Assembly: GCA_965207225.1 (NCBI GenBank)
Contig: CBDBLV010000004.1
Span: 608,001-672,000 of the forward strand
Source of the DNA: Dehalococcoidia bacterium
GTDB taxonomy: Bacteria > Chloroflexota > Dehalococcoidia > Plut-88900
DNA: 64,000 nt
Reading direction: 5' to 3'
The position numbers and the translations under genes are program-made. Under the pieces are notes generated by a model. That model did not search any database. It had not been told where the DNA came from and saw only the letters and a program-made list of their open reading frames with translations. Every line of letters starts with the position of its first letter. The stretch's first letter is position 1. Below are positions 36,323 through 45,827 of this stretch, piece after piece.

Positions 36323-38200
36323 CTACAAGTCCGTACGATATATGTAGCGGGTATCGTAGAGGCCGTAGAGAGTCGGGGTGGTGTTGCCGAAGACGTTGCG
36401 AATGGCGCTCAGGCGCTCGGAAAGGCTGGTGTAGATTAAAGGCACGTTCTCGGCGTCGATCTCCTGGGCACGACGATACAGGTCGATACGCTTATCCCGG
36501 TCCAGCTCGCGACTTGCCATTATGTATAGTTCGTCTATCTCGGCCTCCCAGTCGGTGGCGGGCTCAGGCTGATTGGGATACCAGAGGTGCAGGTTTTCGC
36601 CGCTGTGCCAGAGGCTTATGCCGGAGTGGGGGTCGGGGCCGCCGGTGAAACCTATGAGGATGGCCTCCCAATCATAGGACTGGGTAAGCTGGGAGACGAG
36701 GTCTCCGAAGTCGATCGTACGGTAGTCCACGTCGAGTCCGATTTGCTCCATACCCAGACTGATTTTGTCTCCAACCCGTTCACGCACACTGTTGCCGGAA
36801 TTGGTCACAAGGGAGATTTCAATTTCGTTGCCTGCGGTATCTTCGCGGATGCCGTTGCCGTTGGTATCCACCCAACCAAGGCCATCGAGGATAGCGTTGG
36901 CCTTGTCTATGTCGTATTCGTAGCGTCGGGCGTTGGGGTTATGGAAGTCACCGGCGGCCGGACTTATGGATGACCACTGGGGGTAGCCGGAACCGTGCAG
37001 GATTTCGTTGATGATGGCTTCCTTGTCTATCGTATGGGCAACGGCTTGCCGGAACTCCTTGTTCTGGAACCATGCCAGCTTGTGGGACTCCACATAGGGT
37101 TCGTAGGTATCCGGGTTGCTTCCGGGATTCATGTTAAAGGTAAGAAACGTGGTGCCGAAAGCAGGTCCCCGACGGTGAACGGTGAAGTTTCCTTCAGCCT
37201 GGAGGGGTTCAAGCTGTACCAACTCCTCTCCGAGTATGCCGTGGGTGTCCGCCACTCCATCCAGGAACATTTCCAGTTCCGCTTCCAAGTCTGGGACTAT
37301 GATGCGGACAATATTGTCGAGATAGGGCAAGGAATTGCCCTGGGCATCCTTGAGCCAGTAGTCCGGGTTCCGTTTGTGGACCAATCGCTCGCCGGGAACG
37401 TAGCTCTCGATAGTGAATGGGCCGGTACCGATGATCTCTGCAGGATCAGTGTTGATGTCCCAGATTTCGTTGAAAGTGCCATCATCTACATGCTTCTCCA
37501 GGACATGCCTGGGGTAGATAGCCGTGCCCATGGAGCGAAGGAAAGGTGCGAACGGGGCCGGGAGGACGCACTGCACGGTGTAATCATCCAATGCAGTCAC
37601 GGTCATTGGGCTCTCCTCCCAGACCCCCGTGTCCTCGTTCAGAAATCGGAATTGGAAGGAAGCTCGGCTGCTAGCAGGAATGTCGTCGTTGTAGATGATG
37701 CGGTTGAATGTGAATTCGACATCGTGGGCCGTAAAGGGCGTACCATCGTGCCATCGGACGTCACGTCGGATGTTAAAGGTCCAGGTCAAGCCGTCATCGG
37801 AGTGGTCCCATGACTCGGCGAGGGAAGGTTCCACCTCGTCGGTAAGCCAGGAGGTCTCGGTAAGGCCATCGAAGAGGTAGCCTAGGACGCCGGAGGATGA
37901 GGCGTCGGTTGAAATGGCCAGGTTGAAGGTGAGGGGCTCGGAAATTGTCGCGAAGGTAAGGTCGCCGCCATGCTTGCCAATGGAGTACTCGAACTGTTCG
38001 GCGTTCATTCTTAGTTGGTCAACCACCGTAGGCTCAGGCGTGGCAGAAGGGGGTGGGGCGGTGGGGGTGGGGGCTACAGGGGTTGGGTCGTGGTGCTCTT
38101 CGGGGGTGGGGTGGATATCTTCCCAGCAGGCGGACAGCAGTAGCAGGGAAAGAAGGAGAAAGCTAACCAGGGTGATACGTGCGGCCAACTTGATTGTCAT
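36323..38200 (-). CDS. ABC transporter substrate-binding lipoprotein, family 5
   Basis: Lipobox LSAC, LAESW..S.DGLTWTF.IR.DVRWHDG.PFTAHDV.FT, GTGPF, PYLD. Confidence 0.9.
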   Translation of the reverse strand: MTIKLAARITLVSFLLLSLLLLSACWEDIHPTPEEHHDPTPVAPTPTAPPPSATPEPTVVDQLRMNAEQFEYSIGKHGGDLTFATISEPLTFNLAISTDASSSGVLGYLFDGLTETSWLTDEVEPSLAESWDHSDDGLTWTFNIRRDVRWHDGTPFTAHDVEFTFNRIIYNDDIPASSRASFQFRFLNEDTGVWEESPMTVTALDDYTVQCVLPAPFAPFLRSMGTAIYPRHVLEKHVDDGTFNEIWDINTDPAEIIGTGPFTIESYVPGERLVHKRNPDYWLKDAQGNSLPYLDNIVRIIVPDLEAELEMFLDGVADTHGILGEELVQLEPLQAEGNFTVHRRGPAFGTTFLTFNMNPGSNPDTYEPYVESHKLAWFQNKEFRQAVAHTIDKEAIINEILHGSGYPQWSSISPAAGDFHNPNARRYEYDIDKANAILDGLGWVDTNGNGIREDTAGNEIEISLVTNSGNSVRERVGDKISLGMEQIGLDVDYRTIDFGDLVSQLTQSYDWEAILIGFTGGPDPHSGISLWHSGENLHLWYPNQPEPATDWEAEIDELYIMASRELDRDKRIDLYRRAQEIDAENVPLIYTSLSERLSAIRNVFGNTTPTLYGLYDTRYIYRTDL

Positions 38201-38255
38201 GATTCCCGGATAAAGTCCTTTCGCATGGAAGTCTAGGTTAAACGTGTATAGGAAG

Positions 38256-38963
38256 CTAGGGTCGGGGGTCTGGGACAGCTTTGGCTACGAAGTGCCTTTC
38301 TACTCGGCCGGTTACGAGCATGAAGCCAATGATGACCAACCAAAGCAAGAATACAATGCCGGTGATGCGGTGAACTATGGTGGCGGCATCCAACCAGATG
38401 AACTGCATGGCAACGCCTAATATGGCAGACAAGGGTGCAATCTTCTTCAACGGCATTCCGGCTTTCCACTGCTGCCTTGCGGCAATAAGAAGACCCACGC
38501 CGGCAAGGGTGAAGCCTATCTTTCCGGTTATCCAACGGGCGGCGCCAAGGGCCTCAGTCGTCGCACCGATGGATTCAGAATCCGCATTTCCTTGGGCGGT
38601 GACGGAAAGAGCAAGGGCACATGCTCCCGAGACAGCCGTAATGACACCCGACAGCGCAAGAAACACCGGGACCAGGGGATGGCCAAAGCCCTGCCTGATC
38701 ACCCACGTCCGCAAGAGAAGCCATCCGGCAACCAGGAGGGTTATCCCCGAAACGAATCTGGCAATCCCGCCTGTACCATAGAGGAGGCGGCTGTCTGCTA
38801 TTGCGGAGAGGGTTTCGGGGAGGGTGGGGTGGTCGGCGTTGGCTGAAACTCTAGTTACGACGGCCACTAACGTGGCGATTGCTGTCATTATGAGGAATAC
38901 GCCAGCCAGAGGGGCCGAAGAATCCCTTCGACCGATACTTGCTTGCTTCGCTGTATCTTTCAA
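38256..38963 (-). CDS. Integral membrane protein (DUF4386-like)
   Basis: About six hydrophobic helices; family assignment and TTG start are uncertain. Confidence 0.55.
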   Translation of the reverse strand: MKDTAKQASIGRRDSSAPLAGVFLIMTAIATLVAVVTRVSANADHPTLPETLSAIADSRLLYGTGGIARFVSGITLLVAGWLLLRTWVIRQGFGHPLVPVFLALSGVITAVSGACALALSVTAQGNADSESIGATTEALGAARWITGKIGFTLAGVGLLIAARQQWKAGMPLKKIAPLSAILGVAMQFIWLDAATIVHRITGIVFLLWLVIIGFMLVTGRVERHFVAKAVPDPRP

Positions 38964-39298
38964 GGCGTTGACAATAGCCGGCTAGACAAGATTGCAGACG
39001 CTATTTTAACAGTTTAGGGAAAGGTTGATTGATACTATATATCTAATCTGCTCCTGAGCAGATTCCGAAGTGGCTTTGCCACGGAGTCTGGAGGAAGGAC
39101 TCCAGACGAAGAAAGAAGCATATAAGGAGTGAGGTTCAAGGGCTTAATTTACACCTGAATGACACAGGATGACATCCAAGATCGACCACGGCGAACATTG
39201 ACATGGAGAGGGAGCATTCGGAAGGTCGCAAGGAATTGTGATTCCTAGTAGAATCGGTCGAGTTCTGCTCGACATACCAGGCGCAGGAGGCCACTCCA

Positions 39299-41059
39299 AC
39301 GGCTACGGCAGCAGCTAATCCCCGGTACGAAGTAGACGAAAACCCGCCCCATAGGTCCACATTCGGGCTCGGGTTACAGTTCAGCATTCTTGCTTCAGCG
39401 ACGCTGCTGGTGACGCCTGTCGTGGTGGCAAGGGAGTCGGGGCGCGGCGACTCCTATCTCATTTGGATGGTTTTCGCATCGCTGCTGGTGGTGGGGGTGT
39501 CAACGCTGATCCAGGTGAGGACGATAGGCCCGGTCGGGGGGCGGGCGGTGCTTCCAATGTTCACCGCGGCATTCGCCATCCCATTCTGTATTACGGCGGT
39601 CGTGGACGGGGGCCCGGCAACTCTGGCTACGCTGATCATGGCTTCTGCCATTTTCCAGCTGGTGATTTCCAAGTGGCTTTTCCTGCTGCGGCGGGTTGTG
39701 ACGCCCATCGTAAGCGGCACGGTGATCATGATCCTTTCGATAACGTTGGCCTCGGTGGTGTTTGCTCTTCTGGAAGATGCAACGGAGGAAGAGCCCGGGT
39801 CGGCTCTTCTCACAACACTGGTGACCCTGACCATTGTGGTAGCGCTCACGTTAAGGGGAACGGCGCTGATGAAGTTATGGGCGCCGGTCTTGGGCATCGC
39901 GGCGGGGTGTGCCACGTCGGCGGCGCTGGGAATCTACGATACAACGCTGGTTACGGAGTCGACGTGGGTCGGGCTGCCTGCCGAAATCCCGGACCTGGGC
40001 GTCGACTTTGGGGTGGACTTCTGGGTGCTGCTTCCTTCTTTCTTGTTCCTGGGGGTGATCATCTCCATACAGGTAAACGGAGAAACGGTGGCCAATCAGA
40101 GGGCGTCGTCCAGGGAGCCCAAGGCGATCGATTTTCGCAGGGTGCAGGGAAGTCTGGCAGGGGCGGGGGTAGCCAACCTGATGGCAGGGGCAGCGGGGGC
40201 GGTCCCAATAGTAGTCAACCCGGGGGCGGCGCCCTTCGTACAGGCAACGGGAGTGGCGTCCCGCAGAATCGGCTACGTAATAGGGGTCGTGTTTATCCTG
40301 GTAGCATTTCTTCCGAAGGCGTCGGGGCTGCTTAGCACGATCCCGGGCCCCGTAATGGCAGGATACCTGTTGCTGGTGGTGGGTTCGTTGTTCGTGGAGG
40401 GGGCACGGACGGTGATCCAGAACGAGCAGAACAGGTCCAGGTTGATAGTGGCGGGGATATCGTTCTGGATTGGGGCATCTTTCCAATTCACGCTGTTCAA
40501 TCTGCCCGACCTCGGGCCAGTGGTCGGGGGGCTGATGAAGAGTGCGGTGACGACAGGTGGGGTGTCGGCGGTGCTGATGATCATCTTCCTGGAGCTTACC
40601 AGCTACAGACGGATGCGCTTCCAGGCCAAGCTGCACATCGATTCGCTGCCGGAACTCACGCAGTTCATCGAGCGCTTTTGCAAGAGTCGGCGGTGGAACG
40701 ATGCAATGAGAGATAGACTATCGGCGGTTGCCGAAGAAACGCTGCTCACGCTGGCCCCCCTGGACCTGGAGGCGGAGCTGGAAGAGTTGGAAGAAGACCC
40801 CGACGTTATACCTCGACAGCTGGTTGTTGTGGCTTCGAGCGACGGGCCGGTCGCCGACCTGGAGTTTATAGGAGGTGGCAGCGAAGGGGAAAACGTGGAA
40901 GACCGGATGCGGCAGATGCAGGACCATGAAGAGGAAACGCCCGTAGATACTGAGATTTCTCTCAGGCTATTGAGGCGTTATGCGTCTTCAGTGCGACACC
41001 AGCAATTCCACGACATGGACATCATAACCGTCAGGGTGGGGCCGCCAGGAACAAGGTAG
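39299..41059 (+). CDS. NCS2 (xanthine/uracil) permease-like protein with C-terminal HATPase-like domain; apparent ACG start
   Basis: The frame is open upstream of 39410 (RYEVDENPP..STFGLGLQ); VTPIVSGTVI and TGVASR NCS2 motifs; AGGAGG-N8-ACG. Confidence 0.8.
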   Translation, partial: TATAAANPRYEVDENPPHRSTFGLGLQFSILASATLLVTPVVVARESGRGDSYLIWMVFASLLVVGVSTLIQVRTIGPVGGRAVLPMFTAAFAIPFCITAVVDGGPATLATLIMASAIFQLVISKWLFLLRRVVTPIVSGTVIMILSITLASVVFALLEDATEEEPGSALLTTLVTLTIVVALTLRGTALMKLWAPVLGIAAGCATSAALGIYDTTLVTESTWVGLPAEIPDLGVDFGVDFWVLLPSFLFLGVIISIQVNGETVANQRASSREPKAIDFRRVQGSLAGAGVANLMAGAAGAVPIVVNPGAAPFVQATGVASRRIGYVIGVVFILVAFLPKASGLLSTIPGPVMAGYLLLVVGSLFVEGARTVIQNEQNRSRLIVAGISFWIGASFQFTLFNLPDLGPVVGGLMKSAVTTGGVSAVLMIIFLELTSYRRMRFQAKLHIDSLPELTQFIERFCKSRRWNDAMRDRLSAVAEETLLTLAPLDLEAELEELEEDPDVIPRQLVVVASSDGPVADLEFIGGGSEGENVEDRMRQMQDHEEETPVDTEISLRLLRRYASSVRHQQFHDMDIITVRVGPPGTR

Positions 41060-41088
41060 GGGGTCCACTCTCCAGGAGTCGGTTGGGT

Positions 41089-42639
41089 CTAGCGGCCCTC
41101 TTTGATGAAGTCCGCGACGCGTTCGGCCATGGCCATGATGTTGGCGCTTAGGTTCGCCCGCAGGGAGTGGGGCATGATGGAAGCGTCGAGCACCCGTACT
41201 CCTTCGACACCATGCACCCTGGCAAACTGATCTACGACCGCCAGGGAGTCGGAGGAAGGGCCCATCTTGCAGGTGCCTGCGGGATGATGGCCGGTCCTGA
41301 CGTTCTTCCTTAACCATTGGTCAAGGGCATCGTCGGATGCCAGTATTTCATCGGAAGGGGCTTGCCGTTTGCCGATAAGGCCATCAAAGGGGGCCCTGCT
41401 GAAGATGTCAACGCAGACCCTGACGCCCTCCCGGAACCTGGAGCGATCCAGGGGCTCCTCCAGGTAGTTGTAGTCCAGGAGCGGGGCCTTGCGGGGGTCG
41501 GTGGAGACCACCTTCATCTGGCCGCTGCAGAGGCTCATATATATGAGGAGCTGACACCCGACCAGGACCTCCGCCGCTTCGTCCAGGGGAAGGCCCGGCA
41601 TCTCCGACATCCGGTTGTTCATGCATACCACCATGTCGTTCTTCCAGGGTGAGCCCGAGGCGGTATAGCGCAGGGTGATGGCGCCCTCGGCGCACTTTTC
41701 ATCTGCCAGCCGCATCGGGGCTAGGCTCTCCCAGATCAGGTCTAGGTCCATGTGATCGCGCAGGTTCGCCCCGACTCCCGGCAAGTCCTGCACCACGGGA
41801 ATCCCCAGATTCACAAGCTGGTCGGCCGGCCCAATGCCCGAAAGGGTGAGAATGTGTGGAGAACCTATAACCCCCGCACAGAGGATGATCTCGTCTCCGT
41901 AGACAGTGAACATCTCGCCGCCGCTGTTCACCAGCAGGCCCTCGGCCTTGTTGCCCTCGAATATGATGCCGTGGACTTCGCAGTTGGGTCGGATGTTGAG
42001 ATTGACGCGGTGCCGGGCGGGGTTGAGGTAGCCTAGAGCGGTACTCCAGCGAACCCGGTCAACAACGTTGAAAGTTAGCGGGCCGACGCCGGTGGAGTCG
42101 GGACGGTTGTGGTCCGGGCAATCAGGGAAGCCGTAGTCCAGGCAGGCGTCATAGAAAGCCTTCTGGAAGGGCCCCCATTCTTCAGGGGTGAAGCGGCGGC
42201 AGCGGATGGGACCCGACTTGCCGTGATAATCGTCGTCGAAATCTTCGTCTGACTCCGTCTTCTTGAAGTAGGGGAGAATCTTCTCGAAGGCCCATTCGTC
42301 GTTGCCGGCCTCTGCCCAGAGATCATAGTCTTCCCTTTCTCCGCGGAGGAAATTGGCCCCGTTTATGGCGCTGGTTCCCCCCGTGACCCGACCGCGTGGG
42401 ACCATGGTGGGAATAGCCTCGTCAGTGGTGCGGGCCTCGAAGTTCCAGAGGTGGTGGCTTTCGAAGACCGTGGGTCGGGGGCCGTAGACGTATTTCAGTT
42501 CGTCGGGAAGGTGGTCAAGGTCGGCAAAATCGGCGCCGGCCTCGACGAGGAGCACCGACCGATTGGGATCTTCCGAGAGCCGGCTGGCCATGACTGCACC
42601 ACCGGAACCCGCGCCAACGACGATGTGGTCGTATTTCAT
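41089..42639 (-). CDS. GMC family oxidoreductase (choline dehydrogenase/MftG-like)
   Basis: VGAGSGG, RGRVTGGTSAING, PGVG.NLRDH, HPAGTCKMG, DASIMP...N. Confidence 0.9.
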   Translation of the reverse strand: MKYDHIVVGAGSGGAVMASRLSEDPNRSVLLVEAGADFADLDHLPDELKYVYGPRPTVFESHHLWNFEARTTDEAIPTMVPRGRVTGGTSAINGANFLRGEREDYDLWAEAGNDEWAFEKILPYFKKTESDEDFDDDYHGKSGPIRCRRFTPEEWGPFQKAFYDACLDYGFPDCPDHNRPDSTGVGPLTFNVVDRVRWSTALGYLNPARHRVNLNIRPNCEVHGIIFEGNKAEGLLVNSGGEMFTVYGDEIILCAGVIGSPHILTLSGIGPADQLVNLGIPVVQDLPGVGANLRDHMDLDLIWESLAPMRLADEKCAEGAITLRYTASGSPWKNDMVVCMNNRMSEMPGLPLDEAAEVLVGCQLLIYMSLCSGQMKVVSTDPRKAPLLDYNYLEEPLDRSRFREGVRVCVDIFSRAPFDGLIGKRQAPSDEILASDDALDQWLRKNVRTGHHPAGTCKMGPSSDSLAVVDQFARVHGVEGVRVLDASIMPHSLRANLSANIMAMAERVADFIKEGR

Positions 42640-42657
42640 GACAAACCTCAAGATGGT

Positions 42658-42688
42658 GACCACGGGAGGGTAATCCCCTCCCGTGGTC
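42658..42688 (-). terminator. Hairpin after the betaine SBP gene
   Basis: GACCACGGGAGGG-TAATC-CCCTCCCGTGGTC, 13-bp stem. Confidence 0.6.
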
Positions 42689-42745
42689 TATGACTCTCGG
42701 ATTCAATTGTGATCGCCTATAGGCAGGTATGCCCGGGGGCAATCT

Positions 42746-43720
42746 CTACGGGATCCAGGCGCTCCAGACGTCCTCGTTGGCATCTATCCACGCTTGGGCA
42801 GCCTCGCGAGGAGTTACTTCGTTCTCAGTGACGTTAAGGACCATCTCGTTCTGCTGATCGTTAGTCAACTGGAAGTTGGACAGGAATTCGTAGACCTCGG
42901 GGAATTCGTCCTGGAGGCCGGGCCAGACCAGCTTGGCAACGTCGTCGGCGGGCCAGCCGCACTTGAAATCGTCGGCGTTGCCTGCCGGGTAGCAGTCGTC
43001 GGTTAGCGGCGGAAGCTCGATGGATACCAGATCGTACTTGGCGTGGGCCCAGTGGGGTTCCCACAGGTAAGTGAGTACCGGATCGCCGCGGTTGAAGGCA
43101 GCGTCGAGTTCCGAAAGAGCGGCTGCTTCAGATCCTGCGAAAACGACCTGGTAGTCGGCTCCCATGGCATCGAGCCTCTCCTGGCTTCTGTCGTCCCAGG
43201 CGGGGGTGAAACCGAGGAGCCTTCCGCTCTCTCCTGTGTCGGCGGTGGCGAAGACGCTCTTGAACTGATCGAGTTCGTCCCAGCTGTCCAGGCCCGGGGC
43301 AGGGGCGTCAGCACCCTCCACGACATACGAGGGGGTGTACCAGCCAGTCCCGCCGCTGATCCCTGTAGAGCCCAGGCGTTCGACGGACTCCTTGCCGCCG
43401 GCATTCACGTATTCGTCCAAAAGGGCGAAGCTGTAGGAGGGCCAGTTACAGCAGACAAAGTGGAAGTCGCCGGACTCTAGCCCGATAAACAGAGGCGCTG
43501 AGTCGGCAGGTGCAAACTTGGTCTCGACTGTATAGCCCAATTCATCTTCAAGGAGGATTTGGACCACGCGGGTGGTGACAAGTTGGCCGTCCCAGTCCTG
43601 GTCAACGATGACCACGGTGCCCTTGGGCTCGTCGGCGCCGCAGGCAAGGGCCACAGCCAAAACAACGATCAGGGCAAGGGCCACAGCCAGAATGGTCCGT
43701 TTGGATTTCAGTTTTTTCAT
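42746..43720 (-). CDS. proX: Glycine betaine/proline ABC substrate-binding lipoprotein
   Basis: Lipobox ALAC, DWD, NWP, GWYTP.YV, YLWEPHW, EAA.AW. Confidence 0.8.
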   Translation of the reverse strand: MKKLKSKRTILAVALALIVVLAVALACGADEPKGTVVIVDQDWDGQLVTTRVVQILLEDELGYTVETKFAPADSAPLFIGLESGDFHFVCCNWPSYSFALLDEYVNAGGKESVERLGSTGISGGTGWYTPSYVVEGADAPAPGLDSWDELDQFKSVFATADTGESGRLLGFTPAWDDRSQERLDAMGADYQVVFAGSEAAALSELDAAFNRGDPVLTYLWEPHWAHAKYDLVSIELPPLTDDCYPAGNADDFKCGWPADDVAKLVWPGLQDEFPEVYEFLSNFQLTNDQQNEMVLNVTENEVTPREAAQAWIDANEDVWSAWIP

Positions 43721-43838
43721 GTTGGGTCTCCCTTCCGGGTTGGGAGCTTTGATTAAGAACCTTCAGACCTGATTCGCAGCTAATTTCTCATAGGCATCAC
43801 CCCTATTGGAGGGCCACTTCAGTTTGCTGACGTTGATT

Positions 43839-45827
43839 CTACCTTAATTCAGCGAGGCTTCGCATCGCCCCCCGTTTACCTTGAGTCATGCGGTCCAGGA
43901 CCATGGCCATGAAGACAATCGCCATGCCGGAGACAAAACCGTCTCCCATCCTGAGGTATATGGAACTGATATAGACCTGTTCCCCGAGGCCCCTTCCACC
44001 TACAAGTCCTCCGATTATCACCATGGCCATGACCATGATGATGGTCTGGTTGACGCCCATCATGATGGTGGGTACTGCCAGCGGCATTTTCACCTGCCAC
44101 AAGGTCTGCAGATTGGTGGAGCCGTGGGATTGGGCGGTCTCTATCACCTGGGGCGGGACTTCCTTTATGCCCAGGGCTGTCATGCGTATCACGGGGGGAA
44201 GGGCATACACAAAGGTGGCAATTATCCCTACCAGCGGGCCTATGCCCCAGAGCATGATGACCGGTATGAGATACACGAAGATGGGCATCGTCTGCATGGT
44301 GTCCAGGATGGGGCGGATTATGGATTCGAAGGTGCGGTTTTGCGATGCCAGCACCCCGAGGGCTATCCCGACGGCCACGGTTACTACACCAGCCGTCAGG
44401 ACCTGCCCGAGGGTGTCCATGGTCACGTCCCACACCCCTCCAATACCCACGAAGGTGAGCCCCACAACTGCCAGGAGGGATAATCTCCACCCGGCCGTCA
44501 GGTAGGCCAGTCCGGCAACCAGTACCATCATTGCGGGCCACGGGAGCCACAGCAGCAAGGTCTGGACGGGAGCCAGGCCAAATTCCCGGAAAAGTGTGTC
44601 TCTAATCCAGCTGGTGATGAAATACAGATTGACGGACATCCAGTCGACCACGCTCTCGACGGGGCCGGCAATGGAAAAGGTAATCTCTTCCGGGAACTCC
44701 TTGAGGAAAGGCAGCACCGCCCCTACGATCAGAAGAAGCGCTATTACTCCGACACCCACTGCCTGCGCTGGGTACCTGGAGACGAGGGCCCTGAGTCTCT
44801 CACTCAAGGCGCCTTCCGTAATCGGGGAAGTGGGTGGGGCGCTTCTCGACGTGGTCGGGCCTGTGCGGGCAAGGGCGTAGCTCAGCCGGTCAAAAATAAT
44901 AGCGACAAGGACGATGGCTATGCCGCTTTCCAGGCCCTCGCCCGGATTCACTTCCCTGAGGGAGACCCAGACGTCCTTCCCCAGCCCCGGCACCCCGACC
45001 AGCGCCGTGATAATCACCATCGCTATCGCCATCATTATGGTCTGGTTTATTCCCAGCATGATGGAGTTCTTGGCCAGGGGCAGCTGGACCTGGAATAGAG
45101 TCTGCAGGGTTGTCGACCCGTGGGAATGGGACGTTTCGACGACGGCTCGGGGGACTTGCCGGATCCCGAGATTCGTCAACCTGATGACGGGTGGAATGGC
45201 ATAAACAACGGTAAGGAACACTCCCTGGGTGCCGCTTACACCGAACAGGACGATGGCCGGGATGAGGTAAACGAAAGCAGGCAGCACCTGCATGGTGTCC
45301 AGGATGGGACGGACTATGGACTCGAAGCGGTTGTTGTAGGCGGCGAGAATGCCTACAACAACCCCGAATGCGACAGCTATGAACACCGACACCCCCACTA
45401 CGCTAAGGGTGATCATGGCCGAGTCCCAATACCCGTTCAGCCCGATCCACAGCGTCGCAGCGCCGCAGAAAAGGCCCAGCCACTTGCCTCCAAGCCTGAA
45501 TCCCGTAAATCCCGCCACGGCAACTACCACAGGCCAGGGGAGCCACAGCAGGAAGGAGTCGATTAGCTCCAACCCCCAGTCAATGACGTCCGAGAGCGGG
45601 TTGAAAAACCATGCAAAGGTATCCCCGACCCAGTCAAAGAACGTGTCTATGGGCTCCTGGATGCCAAGCTCCCAGCCAGCGGGCCAGTCGCCGAATTCGG
45701 TGCCGGCGTCGGCCCTGGAGAGGAAGTAGGCAAGGAGGTACGCAGCGACCGCAGCCGCGGCCCAGAAGTAGGCCTGATACCGACCTCCCTGGCGCAGCTG
45801 GTTCGGGAGAGCGCCGACGCGAATCAT
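43839..45827 (-). CDS. proW: Glycine betaine/proline ABC permease with two fused ProW domains
   Basis: RPILDTMQ.P.FVYLIP...PPVIR.T.LGI...GINQTI occurs twice. Confidence 0.9.
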   Translation of the reverse strand: MIRVGALPNQLRQGGRYQAYFWAAAAVAAYLLAYFLSRADAGTEFGDWPAGWELGIQEPIDTFFDWVGDTFAWFFNPLSDVIDWGLELIDSFLLWLPWPVVVAVAGFTGFRLGGKWLGLFCGAATLWIGLNGYWDSAMITLSVVGVSVFIAVAFGVVVGILAAYNNRFESIVRPILDTMQVLPAFVYLIPAIVLFGVSGTQGVFLTVVYAIPPVIRLTNLGIRQVPRAVVETSHSHGSTTLQTLFQVQLPLAKNSIMLGINQTIMMAIAMVIITALVGVPGLGKDVWVSLREVNPGEGLESGIAIVLVAIIFDRLSYALARTGPTTSRSAPPTSPITEGALSERLRALVSRYPAQAVGVGVIALLLIVGAVLPFLKEFPEEITFSIAGPVESVVDWMSVNLYFITSWIRDTLFREFGLAPVQTLLLWLPWPAMMVLVAGLAYLTAGWRLSLLAVVGLTFVGIGGVWDVTMDTLGQVLTAGVVTVAVGIALGVLASQNRTFESIIRPILDTMQTMPIFVYLIPVIMLWGIGPLVGIIATFVYALPPVIRMTALGIKEVPPQVIETAQSHGSTNLQTLWQVKMPLAVPTIMMGVNQTIIMVMAMVIIGGLVGGRGLGEQVYISSIYLRMGDGFVSGMAIVFMAMVLDRMTQGKRGAMRSLAELR

